A stretch of DNA of 64,000 nt, taken from the NCBI RefSeq assembly GCF_006345805.1, contig NC_043015.1, forward strand, positions 9,920,001-9,984,000, read 5' to 3'. Shown one piece after another: positions 53,868 to 64,000 of the stretch. Position 1 is the first letter of the stretch, and each line of letters starts with the position of its first letter. The position numbers were made by a program, and so were the translations under genes. The DNA is from Octopus sinensis. Lineage: Eukaryota. The notes beneath the pieces are model-generated. The model searched no databases and had not been told where the DNA came from. It saw only the letters and a program-made list of their open reading frames with translations.

Positions 53868-54514
53868 ATGTTAACCATATTTACTTTTGATACATCTGAT
53901 GCAATTTATATTATAAAATGTGATCCGTGTGTTATATAGTAATACACAGAGAATTATCTTTCACCAGTAGTAGCAGGGATTATGTATTAAAATAGATAAA
54001 TACATTGGACTTGTAAACAGAGTTAGATAATCTAAGCAGAATTGTTCGTTTGTGACTAACTAATCTATAGATGCTGCTGGCATGTATTTGGTTACACGTA
54101 GAGAGGATTAGCAAATGTTATATACTCCCAGCAGAGAAGACACAAATTAGTTAATCAATTTAAGACAATTATTAACTTTCGACGATTTTTAGACTGTTAT
54201 TTCCACGAGTCTTGTTTTATCCATATACCACCGAATCTAGATAACAATAACAAATACACACAGTATAGACAAGCAATTCAACTTCTTCACTTGAGTAATG
54301 TGTGAGGACGTTGGTACTAACTAATGCATTTAGCCACACCGTAGTGACATATTTGATGCAAACTCCTTTATTTCTTTATTATGCACAGAATGTAATAACA
54401 TGCAAGTGCTGACGACTTGTTGCTGCATTATGTGCATTCCGAGTGATTAGAATAGTTAAGTCTTGCTTGCATCCTACTATATAGATGTATACACACACAT
54501 ATATATACACACCC

Positions 54515-54559
<45 letters not shown>

Positions 54560-54685
54560 TACATACACACATATATATATAAATATATGCATATATATAT
54601 ATACACACCCATATACATATATATATATATATATATAAAAATATATATATATAATATATGTATATATATATATATATATATATAA

Positions 54686-54760
<75 letters not shown>

Positions 54761-54762
<2 letters not shown>

Positions 54763-55453
54763 AATTTCAACAATTGAGGGTAAAATTAATTAATTAATCA
54801 ATTTCACCAAGTATTCAGTATGCAAAGGGACCATTTAAGGCGAATTCAAATTATTACATTATATAAAAGGGCTTAGTAAAATAAATTACTTTGCCGCATA
54901 CTGAACTCATCAGAAATAGCAGCTAAAAAAAACTTTTTTAAAACTATTTTAAAACTATTAATTAATTTTACCCTCAATTGTTGAAATTATAATTCATCTC
55001 TCTCTATTTAATGCCTCGGATTTTACCGAAAAAAACATAGTGTTTACTGATTTTAACCCACGCTGGTGGAAAGGGGAGAGCAGAAATTCTTCGCTTGCAT
55101 ATTTGAGTTTGCTGGCACTGTTAGTTTCGAGCAGATCTTCAGAAGCGACAAGAAGCCGAAAGGGTATGCTCCCACTTTCAGTGTTTTCAAATCCAAACCA
55201 GGGAGTTCTGAGCTGATGATAGAAGTGTCGAGTTTGACTAATCTTGAAACGTACATTCTCAAATAACCTTTGCATTTGATTTTTTAATGTCTCTACCCCC
55301 ATACTTTCGTGAGTTGAATTGAGCAAACACTATATGAGAGAGGTTTTCTTTAAGTATTAGAAATAGTTTTAAAAAAGTTTTTTTTAGATGCTATTTCTGA
55401 TGAGTTCAGTATGCGGCAAAGTAATTTATTTTACTAAGCCCTTTTATATAATG

Positions 55454-55457
<4 letters not shown>
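54761..55457. mobile_element. Rearranged element remnant with nested inverted repeats, between (TA)n tracts
   Basis: 34-bp IR at 54761-54794/54957-54990 and ~96-bp IR at 54853-54948/55361-55457. The interior ORF 54994-55326 has IPFRLLVAS, weakly PLE-RT-like. Confidence 0.55.
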
Positions 55458-55495
<38 letters not shown>

Positions 55496-55498
<3 letters not shown>

Positions 55499-55750
55499 AA
55501 GGGAATAGACAAATGCAATATTCACATACAATTTATTAACATTATAATATAAACTTATACTATAAAAAGATATAATATAAAATAATAAATGATTAAAACC
55601 AATATATATTTGTTTTAATGATTTGTTGTTATAATATATTTCTTTATAGTATAGTTATATTATAGTATATCTTTTTATAAATTAATTATATTATATTATA
55701 ATGTTAATAAATTAATATGTCAATTGTATTTATGTGTTTCCTTTAACATT
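55496..55750. mobile_element. AT-rich diverged foldback element
   Basis: TTATTAACATTATAATATA / TATATTATAATGTTAATAA and ATAAAAAGATATA / TATATCTTTTTAT mirrored. Confidence 0.55.
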
Positions 55751-55927
55751 TATATATTGAAATTATACCAGTTTGATTTATGATTATTTTCTCTACTATA
55801 TTGTTGTGTTTAACTGAAGAACTAGTGAAAATTGGATGTTTTCTATTCATTTGAAAGAAATTCTTTTTTTCCTTGGATTAAATAATAATTTCATCACACA
55901 TCATACATACATACATACATACATGCA

Positions 55928-55962
<35 letters not shown>

Positions 55963-56025
55963 CAACTGCTTGTTGTTCATACACCTGTCTTCATCTTTTG
56001 TTTTTTCAACTCTCTCTCTCTTTAT

Positions 56026-56070
<45 letters not shown>

Positions 56071-56083
56071 ATATGTATGTATG

Positions 56084-56367
56084 ATATAATAATAAGAGTA
56101 AATAATTTCTTTAAATGTTTTTAAAAAACCAAGAATTTCGGTATGTAAATATAACCATTAACGTTAGGAACTTCTGTAAAGTTCAGTGTATATATATTGT
56201 ATATAAATTGTATATCAATTTTATTTGTATACAATATATATATACACTGAACTTTACAGAAGTTCGTACCATTTATGGTTATATTTACATGCCGAAATCT
56301 ACCGGTAAATAATTGTTGTTTTATTTTTAAAAATCATTAAAGAAATTATTTACTCTTATTATTATAT
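56084..56367. mobile_element. Foldback element, near-complete ~280-bp palindrome
   Basis: Three nested mirrored blocks, e.g. GAACTTCTGTAAAGTTCAGTGTATATATA / TATATATACACTGAACTTTACAGAAGTTC. Confidence 0.85.
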
Positions 56368-57204
56368 TACCAATTGGAATTTTCACTCCCATACGACAAC
56401 CCATATTTTTGTAATGCGCATGGTAAAATTTTGGAGGGAAAATTTGCGAATTCAAATGTCTATTTAGGTTTAGCCTATAATCGTTTTCTTCCACTCGTTT
56501 GATGTCACCTGGTCAGAAGGATGGGGTACGTAGCATTTGATAAATCTATTTTTATGGAGAGTTGCGCTGATGAAAGATATGTAATTATATCTCTGATCTA
56601 GAAACATGTTCGCAAATGACCATTAGACTTTGTTTTCGTTATTTATTCCGTCTGTTTTGCATATGTGAATTACAGGGATATGTCGTTTGTGGAGTCCCAT
56701 TTATAGAAAATAGAAATAAACAGTCTATGGCTGCCATTTCTAATTTTTTCGGTATGCGGCCAAGCAACCTGTTTATTTATATATATGTATATATATATAT
56801 ATATATATATAAATGTATATACATATATACATATATTCACATATATGTGTGTGTGCATGCATGAATATGTTTCTATTTAAAACGCGTTTTTTGCGGAAAC
56901 TTATGAGTACATTACGTTATCCAAATTATTTTGCATGTTAAGTATCAAGGATTTTAAATGAAATTAAACGAAAATCTTATGAATGCATAAAAGTTATGCA
57001 GTTCTTATGGAATTACTCATGGAATATTGCTTATATTGTTCTATGCGTAGTCTATACAATACCATTTCGAAACGAAATGAGTAGCCATATTAACCAGTCT
57101 CTAAAATTTGATCAACTAAGACCAATCTTGGAAATAACTTGGTAAATATTTGATTAGTATCCTGTGGAAAATCTAACCGATTGCTGTTAGAATCAATTAT
57201 ATAT

Positions 57205-57400
57205 AAATGGCAGAAAAGTTAGCACGCCAGGTGAAATGCGTAGCCGTATTCCGCCGAGGTCGACTTTGTTTTTCATCCTTTCGGGGTAGATAAATTAAGT
57301 ACCAGTTACCCACTGGAGTCGATGTAATCGACTTAATCCCTTTGTCTGTCCTTGTTTTTCTCCTCTGTGTTTAGCCCCTTGTGGGTAGTAAAGAAATAAA
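57205..57400 (+). mobile_element. SINE family C, internally deleted
   Basis: TGGCAGAA..GTTAGCACGCCAGGTGAAATGCGTAGCCGTATT joined to CCGCCGAGGTCGAC; tail ..GTGGGTAGTAAAGAAATA. Confidence 0.85.
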
Positions 57401-57574
57401 CTATATATAAAAATAATTAGTCAGTGCTATTTCTACTTAATGATTTATAATTTTGAATATTTATTGAATAATGTGCGGATATTTAACCTTGGACTGGCTT
57501 TAATCGTTGAGATTATAATCTATTTAAGGTTTTATTTTATATTTTAGTCAGGATGGAATCCAATAGCCATGACC

Positions 57575-57725
57575 TGTCATCTTCTGAGGAACTTGCACAA
57601 AGTAGATGTAGCGGTTTTTAAATCGAAGCTGGACATCTTCCTGTCGAGAGTCCCAGCTGAACCTACCTCACGGCAACAGGTGCAAATGACAGTAGCTATA
57701 TCAAACTCCATTCTTCACCAAGTGA
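57575..57725 (+). mobile_element. CR1-clade ORF2 C-terminal fragment
   Basis: LRNLHKVDVAVFKSKLDIFLSRVPAEPTSRQQVQM..AISNSILHQ parallels LRDLHGVDTDVFKMKLDLFLSGVPDEPTSRQEGQMRAAASNSLMHQ at ~51910-52045. Confidence 0.85.
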
Positions 57726-58704
57726 ATATAGCAACAGTGTTGACACAGGAGCAGATTATGTGCAATGTCAAGTGGAATATTAAACCGGACAAGAATTTTA
57801 TGCTGCTATTCAATTAGGTCATAGCGGTCTTTTAAAGGAGATTCATAAAAAAAATATTACAATGCTACCGGTTTAACATCATTGACTTCGGCATATCTTG
57901 CAGCCCAGATACTTTTCATCCTACCGGAAACGATATTCTGAAAAGCCAATATGGTATTGATAGGATTTAAACCCAGTACATTGTGAGAACCTTTGCAAAT
58001 GCAGTGAAGCATTTTACGTAGCAGTCTAACGATTCTTTCCGTTGTTCTATTACCAACATTTACTATTCAAATTTTTTTTAGTAGAAATCAATCAGGTGAC
58101 AATTTAGATTTCTTTTAGTTGATGTTAGATAGCACTGAAACTTTTAGTAATTCAAGGAGGAACGCATTATCGCTGCTGTTGTTGTTGCTGTCAACATCCG
58201 TATTTTGCTCTTTGGAATCTGCTCAAATACGTTACAGCGGCCATGCGATGACATTTACATGAAATATACAATATGTTCTTTGTAGAAGCCGTAGAATACG
58301 AAGACAGACATAAATTATATAATATTTCATTATGTCTCAAAAACGTGTGGAATTTCATGTCTGTTTCTAAAGCAGATGGAATAGTTCCAGAAATTGCACA
58401 TGGTAAATAGTTGCTGGAGGCGGACTATGTTTATCGGTTTGTATTACAGTAAAGGTGGAAAACAAACATTTTACATAATTTTACTGGCGTAAAATCACTA
58501 ACATTTGGACAGGATTCAATTATCATGTGTTCTGAGAAAGTTGCAGCTCTGTCCGTTAACTTGGTACTTATCAGAACGCTCAGGCTCACAGAACTGGGAA
58601 TACTCTCTTCTACTGCCAGTTGCAGTAGAGTATTTCGAGGAAATCGGAGAACAAGTGTGGCATATTCACGTAAAACACTCATAGGGGAGACCATACAAAC
58701 CGGT

Positions 58705-59460
58705 TGACTTGCGCCTCATGCAGCCGACAAGGGCATCCAGAATTTCGGTTGCACGAGGTCTGCCATTCTCAGGTAGGGACTGAAATCCGATACCATTTCT
58801 GACCCGCCACTCCCCACGAAGAACGGAGCAAATTGCTGGTGAAAACCCTCACAATCCTGCCTAGAATCGCTAATTTTGTGTCCGTTTCGGGCATCAAAGA
58901 CCGAATTGTGGTTTTGTTAGCACGTTACGCATCCGCCACGCTAGTCCATCTAACAGCTTTGGTTCCCGCTTTTCTTAGAGAAGGTGATTTAGTTCTGACA
59001 ATGCACCCTTCATGTTTTACATTGAAGAAATGGTCTCATCGGTTGCAATGCAACTTCAAATAATCTCGTCTAACATCGCTTCCTCGCCTACTTTCTAGCG
59101 CGACTTCTTTGTTAAACCACACCGATATTGCTTTAATCTCCCTTCTGAGAGCCCACCATCTGTTGTTGACATCTCTTCCTGTCAACTTTTGCCGAATTAA
59201 ACTGTTGACCCGGTCCCTGTAAACATTACGTGCCAGAAACGACATGTTCAGCTTTCAGTAGGCCGACTAACAGATGCAAAGTTCTGACAGTCGTTGAAAA
59301 TAGGGACTAGTGTGCGTGTGTTGGAAAATCTGGTCTCACTGAGAGCAATTACACCCAATTCTAAGAACCTGAGTTCGCCGAGCAGACGCCGCTGCTTCTA
59401 AGGCGACACCAAGCCTCGAACATTTAAGCTTCCTAAGACGGCCTTGCTGACAAGGTAAGA
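58705..59460 (-). mobile_element. L1/Tx1-clade ORF2 5' fragment (APE endonuclease and tether), internally deleted
   Basis: Manual translation: LGSLNVRGL..*K...LGELRFLELGVIALSET; Y*KLNMSFL (WKLN motif); RWWALRREIK; FHQQFA; TEILDAL.GC.RRKS just before the RT start. Confidence 0.75.
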
Positions 59461-59957
59461 AGAGAGAGGAAAGGTTTCCTTACTTCCCGGTGTATTGTGA
59501 TGGTCGGGTTGTTCGAATTGCATAATTGGTGCGGGCTCTTTAGAGAACCCTTTTAAAAACTTCAATGGGGTCCCATTTTGGCTGCTGCGAAAGTGTTCTT
59601 GTTGTTGGTGTTGGTGTTGGTTTTTCTTGCTGTTGTTATTCATGTTGCTACTGCTACTCTTGTTTTAGTGGTGGGGCATAAGCCACTTGTTCTGCTGTTA
59701 CCACCACCACTACCACCGCTGCCTTCAGTTTCTCCTCCACCACCGACGCCCGTGCTGCTGTCAGTGCCACTGCTGTTTTTATTGCTGAAGTTGTCAATGC
59801 TATTACCTTTCGTAGCGTCGCAGCCTTTGCTGTCTTCACCGCTACCATCACTATTGCTTCCGCCACCTCTGCCATCGACACTCTCGTCGCAGCTGCTGCT
59901 ACTGTTGTAACGAATTCCATACTCTTCGCAAGTTTTGACATTGCTTAGATTGCTACT

Positions 59958-59958
59958 A

Positions 59959-60009
<51 letters not shown>

Positions 60010-60043
60010 CAGCAGCAGCAGAAGCAGAAGTAGTAGTAGTAGC

Positions 60044-60082
<39 letters not shown>

Positions 60083-60125
60083 TGTTGTTATTGTTGTTGT
60101 TGTTGGTGGTGGTGGTGGTGGCGCT
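59958..60125. repeat. (TAG)n/(CAG)/(TTG)n/(GGT)n compound microsatellite
   Basis: Directly visible. Confidence 0.9.
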
Positions 60126-60503
60126 GGTGGTCATTTTGCCGTTGTTGTTGTCGCAGGAGAGAGTGATATGAGGAGGGAAGTCTTGTTTCTGGAGAGTGCT
60201 GGTGGCAGGAACGGTTTCCCACCTCAAAGCATCCGTGGTGGTTGCAAATACCGATGTTAATGATGATGACGTCGACGCCATCTTGTGTGTTTGTGTTGGT
60301 TTACACAAGATGGGGCGTTGTTTGAGTGCAATAGGGAAATGAATAATACTTTCAGGGAAGAATACCTACCAGCTGGTTTCTAGTTATCTTGTCAGTTTAT
60401 AGGAAAAATCAATAACATATACTTGTAAAGACAGGGTGAAAAATAGAGTTTAAAGCATAACTTACGAAGCATCTTTCAAGGAACATCTAACGTATCCCAC
60501 AGC

Positions 60504-60551
<48 letters not shown>

Positions 60552-60591
60552 CAAAAACAACAATAACAACAACAACAACAACAACAACAAC

Positions 60592-60646
<55 letters not shown>

Positions 60647-60649
60647 TTG

Positions 60650-61197
60650 AACCTCCCCCAGAGCTTAAAAATGATCTCACTCCTCTGGAACCTCACCATT
60701 CAAACTGACAAAAAGATAGATGCAAAAATATGCCAGGCATCATATTGAAAAACTCCAGGCAAAATCTATGCCTCCTCATTGGTATGACTGTCCCAATCGA
60801 TATAAACGTATCTGTCAAGACCTACCAAAAAACTGAGCAATTATAAAGAACCTGAAGACTAAGACAATACCAGTTGTCATAGGTGCCCTAGGAATGATAG
60901 CAGAAGGGGCTGATTGAAGGTACGAGGAAACCAGAAAATGGCAGAAATTCAAAAGATTGTGCTCATGGAACTGCCAATACCCTACATAAAATACCACGTA
61001 ATCTCAAATTTTAACACAAATACTTAATTTTCTTATGGTTTCTTAAACATTCTCTACAACAACACTATGCTCAAAACCAAATATATTGTACCCTAGGTAT
61101 AACACCAACATGAACTTCTAACTCTTGTCTCTTGAGGTCTCTGGGGGAGACTTTAAGCAAACTTGTACAATTGCAAAGCAAAAGTCAAGCATAAAAT
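60650..61197 (+). mobile_element. R4/Dong-like RLE endonuclease domain and 3' UTR, within (AAT)n
   Basis: Manual translation: LLWNLTIQTDKKIDA, LCLLIGMTVPIDINVSVKTYQK, LKTKTIPVVIGALGMI, MAEIQKIVLM. Flanked by (AAT)n on both sides. Confidence 0.85.
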
Positions 61198-61201
61198 AAT
61201 A

Positions 61202-61240
<39 letters not shown>

Positions 61241-61414
61241 TAATAATAATAATAAATAATAATAATAATAATAATAACAACAATAACAACAACAATAATA
61301 TAATAATAATAACAACAACAACAACAGAAAATAATAATAACAACAAAAACAACAATAACAACAACAACAACAACAATAATAATAATAATAATAATGATGA
61401 TGATGATAATAATG

Positions 61415-61720
61415 TGGAGGCACAATGGCCCAGTGGTTAGGGCAGCGGACTCGCGGTTGTAGGATCGCGGTTTCGATCCCCAGACCGGGCGTTGTGAGTG
61501 TTTATTGAGCGGAATCACCTAAAGCTCCACGAGGCTCCGGCAGGGGTGGTGATCCCTGCTGTACTCTTTTGCCACAACTTTCTCTCTTTCTTCTGTTGGC
61601 CTGCTCTCTTAGCCAGCGGGGTGGCGACATTTGAAGGCTAAGACAATGCGAATCGCATTGTGACCAGCGATGTGTAGCAACATCTGATAGCTTTGTCGAT
61701 CACGGTCACGGTCACGGGGA
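61415..61720 (+). mobile_element. SINE family B head/body with a fourth tail ending (GGTCAC)n
   Basis: 61415-61590 matches family B; the tail differs and ends GATCACGGTCACGGTCACGGGG. Confidence 0.8.
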
Positions 61721-61723
61721 ATA

Positions 61724-61777
<54 letters not shown>

Positions 61778-61999
61778 TAAAAATAATAATAATATTGAAA
61801 CAACCAATGAAACTGGAACAGCAAATACTGACTTAAACTAAACGTAAAAAAACACAGAGAAAGCAAAATCCCTTCAATCTTTTCATTGTAAAAAACTACG
61901 ATAAAGTATTGAAATATTTACTAAGTTTACAAATTTTAATATTCAGTACAAGTTAGTTTTAACGTGTTTTTATTTTTATTCTCTTTTCATTCCATCTCA

Positions 62000-62385
62000 A
62001 AGCAGAGACCGAAGGAATTTTAATTGCAGCAGAGGGCCAAAACCTCTCCACTAGAAATTACCAAATGAACGTAATGAAAATAAATGCAGTTAACTGCAGA
62101 ATTTGTATAGATGGGCCAAAAATGCAATAAATAATATTGTCTCTGGCTACCCAGTCCTGGCTAAGAAGGAATATATTCACAGACACGACAGAGTTGTGAT
62201 CTATGTATACTGGAAGCTGTGCCAACACTATGGAATTACAGCAGAAAAAAATGGTACAGGCTACGCCAGAAAAAGTCACGGAAAAGGAGAAAACAACCAT
62301 ACCCTGGGATATACCAATACACACTGATAGACCGGATATTATTGTCAGATATCACCAAGAAAAACTGCTTTCTTATCTAATCTAA
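62000..62385 (+). mobile_element. R4/Dong-like zinc-knuckle/RLE fragment
   Basis: LKAETEG.LIAA..QNLSTRNYQ, CRIC, NIVSGYPVLAKKEYIHRHDRV..YVYWKLC..YG, WDIPIHTDRPDIIV. Confidence 0.85.
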
Positions 62386-63479
62386 TAATATATGAAATAA
62401 AGATGTGTATGTATTCATTTTTCACGCGAAAACGGCAATTGGTGGAGCCGTTTTCGCGTGAAAAATGAATACTTCTGATGCAGGAATAATTCCACATCGG
62501 AGAAATAAAGACTCTTCATTTGATTTTTTTTAAAATAAGAATATTGCTTTATATTTATGATTCACTTCCTTGAAAAGGGTTTCTCAGTGTCAACTTCTGG
62601 TATTGACGTATAAACGGCGAAGTCTTTCACTGTCTAATTTTAATGTTTTCATTTCAAGTTTTAATCCGCTATTGTAAAAAACTACGATAAATTATTGAAA
62701 TATTTACTAAGTTCACAAATTTTAATATTCAGTACAAGATAGTTTTAACGTGTTTTTATTTATATTTTCTTTTCATTCCATCTCATTCATTGTTTGCAAT
62801 GTTCTCTCTCTCCCTCCTATCTCTGTCTCACGCTCTCTTGCTCTATCTCACACACTTACACACGCACATACACTTCAGGTTTGATTTCTTTATTACACAA
62901 ATGTCAAGTTAAAACTTTGCAATTCAACATGGGGCGTCCAAAATATATGGGCATTATTTTGCTTGAACTCGCACATTTCGTTAATTTCCATAAATTTTTT
63001 AATTTATTTTCTTTTTCACGCTGTGTTCAGCTCTATGTATTTGTAGACAGTCATACACCCACACGTATGTTTTTGTATGAATGTTTCTATACATTTATGT
63101 ATGTGTATGTGTGTATTAATGAGTGAAGAGGTGTGTCGTTATGTATTCCTATATACATATGCATACATCATTTTTGCTGTATATGTATCTTTGTGGGAGA
63201 GAGATAGAGAGAGAGTGATGCCTAAGTGGCACTCTCTTGCACTCTCTCTCTCTCTCTCTGCCGCTCACTCTCTCACATACACATGCTCATATACATACGA
63301 GAAAGATCTATGTCTATCTATGTATATACATATACATGACAACACACCCTTCACTCGCACGTCTCTCTCACAGACATACACACACACACGTCCACTTCAT
63401 CTGATGTCTGATTCTGTATATATATGTATCTGTGTATGTGTGCGTGTGTGTGCGTGCAGCGTTATCCAATCGCCAGAAA

Positions 63480-64000
63480 AAAAGCAGAAGAATTTTCTTT
63501 CTTAATACTCCTCGTGGTACAGGCAAACCATTTGTAACATAGCTTCTCTCTAAAGTAAGGCAACATAAAGGACTTGTGGTTGCTGTATCATTGTCTTGCT
63601 TTCCTGCCACCGTTCTTCTAGGAGGACGAACAACTCATTCTGCTTTTAAATTACCACTAAACCTGGTCACAAAAAACAATCAAATTTGTAACATAAGCAA
63701 AAATTCAGGTTCAGCACAATTGTTGTACCAATGCTACCTTATCATTTGGGATAAATGCACCATGTCATATAGAGGTGCAATCGTACATCTTGGTAAGACC
63801 TTACAGGACAACAGATGCTACAATAGGTCTATAGAAGAAGTTACATTAGTTTTATCAGGAGATTTCTGTCTTTACCAGCCAGTCTGAGACGAACAAGATA
63901 TTTATGAAATAAAGCATGCATTAAGTCTTCACACCTATGGAATAAAGTACTGAAATTCTCTTTCAATACTAACGTGAGAGCTTCATTACATCGGAACCCA
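63480..64000 (+). mobile_element. Helitron Pif1-family helicase fragment (decayed), runs off the window end
   Basis: In frame from 63495: FFLNTPRGTGK (Walker A relic), *, then ORF 63576-63887 ATVLLGGRTTHSAFKLPL..CNI..S..A.LL..C.LIIWDKCTM...TLQD...LVLSGDF..QPV, then IKSSHLWNKV. Confidence 0.92.

Noticed and set aside
55390-55425. CTGATGAG..GGCAAAGTA as a hammerhead
   Set aside because: No stem II pairing and no GAAA; at best a relic.
58500-58700. Degenerate C2H2 zinc finger (CSRVF..., ACTCATAGGGGAGACCATAC resembling a HTGE.PY linker)
   Set aside because: Cys/His spacing does not fit in any frame without several indels.
59578-60308. ORFs 59640-60308 and 59654-59941 as a host gene or Tx1 ORF1
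   Set aside because: Low-complexity triplet-derived sequence with no recognisable motif; proximity to the APE fragment is suggestive only.

Overview
Eukaryotic, AT-rich, microsatellite-dense DNA that is almost entirely transposon-derived. The SINE families and (AAT)n/(TA)n load resemble Octopus genomes; this is recollection, not a database result. I recognise no intact host gene; two candidate exons (9651-9730, 13134-13295) are weak. Recognised content: a Penelope-like element (RT + GIY-YIG) with a 531-bp inverted copy of its 3' part; two CR1-clade LINE copies and a 3' fragment; an RTE fragment; three L1/Tx1 fragments; four R4/Dong-like fragments; a mariner transposase fragment; mariner and piggyBac MITEs; a Helitron Pif1 helicase fragment and a Helitron 3' end; three tRNA-headed SINE families; several foldback elements; and two local duplications. 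Most interesting: (1) a tRNA-headed element whose tail carries a hammerhead-ribozyme-like motif and whose 5' junction is an inverted duplication (46426-46778), a candidate Penelope-mobilised SINE; (2) further minimal hammerhead-like motifs next to (TA)n tracts; (3) a SINE/CR1 shared 3' tail with a covarying stem-loop; (4) one SINE head joined to four different tails; (5) Dong-like and non-coding elements lodged in (AAT)n tracts. Nearly all other ORFs in the track are microsatellite or SINE artefacts.
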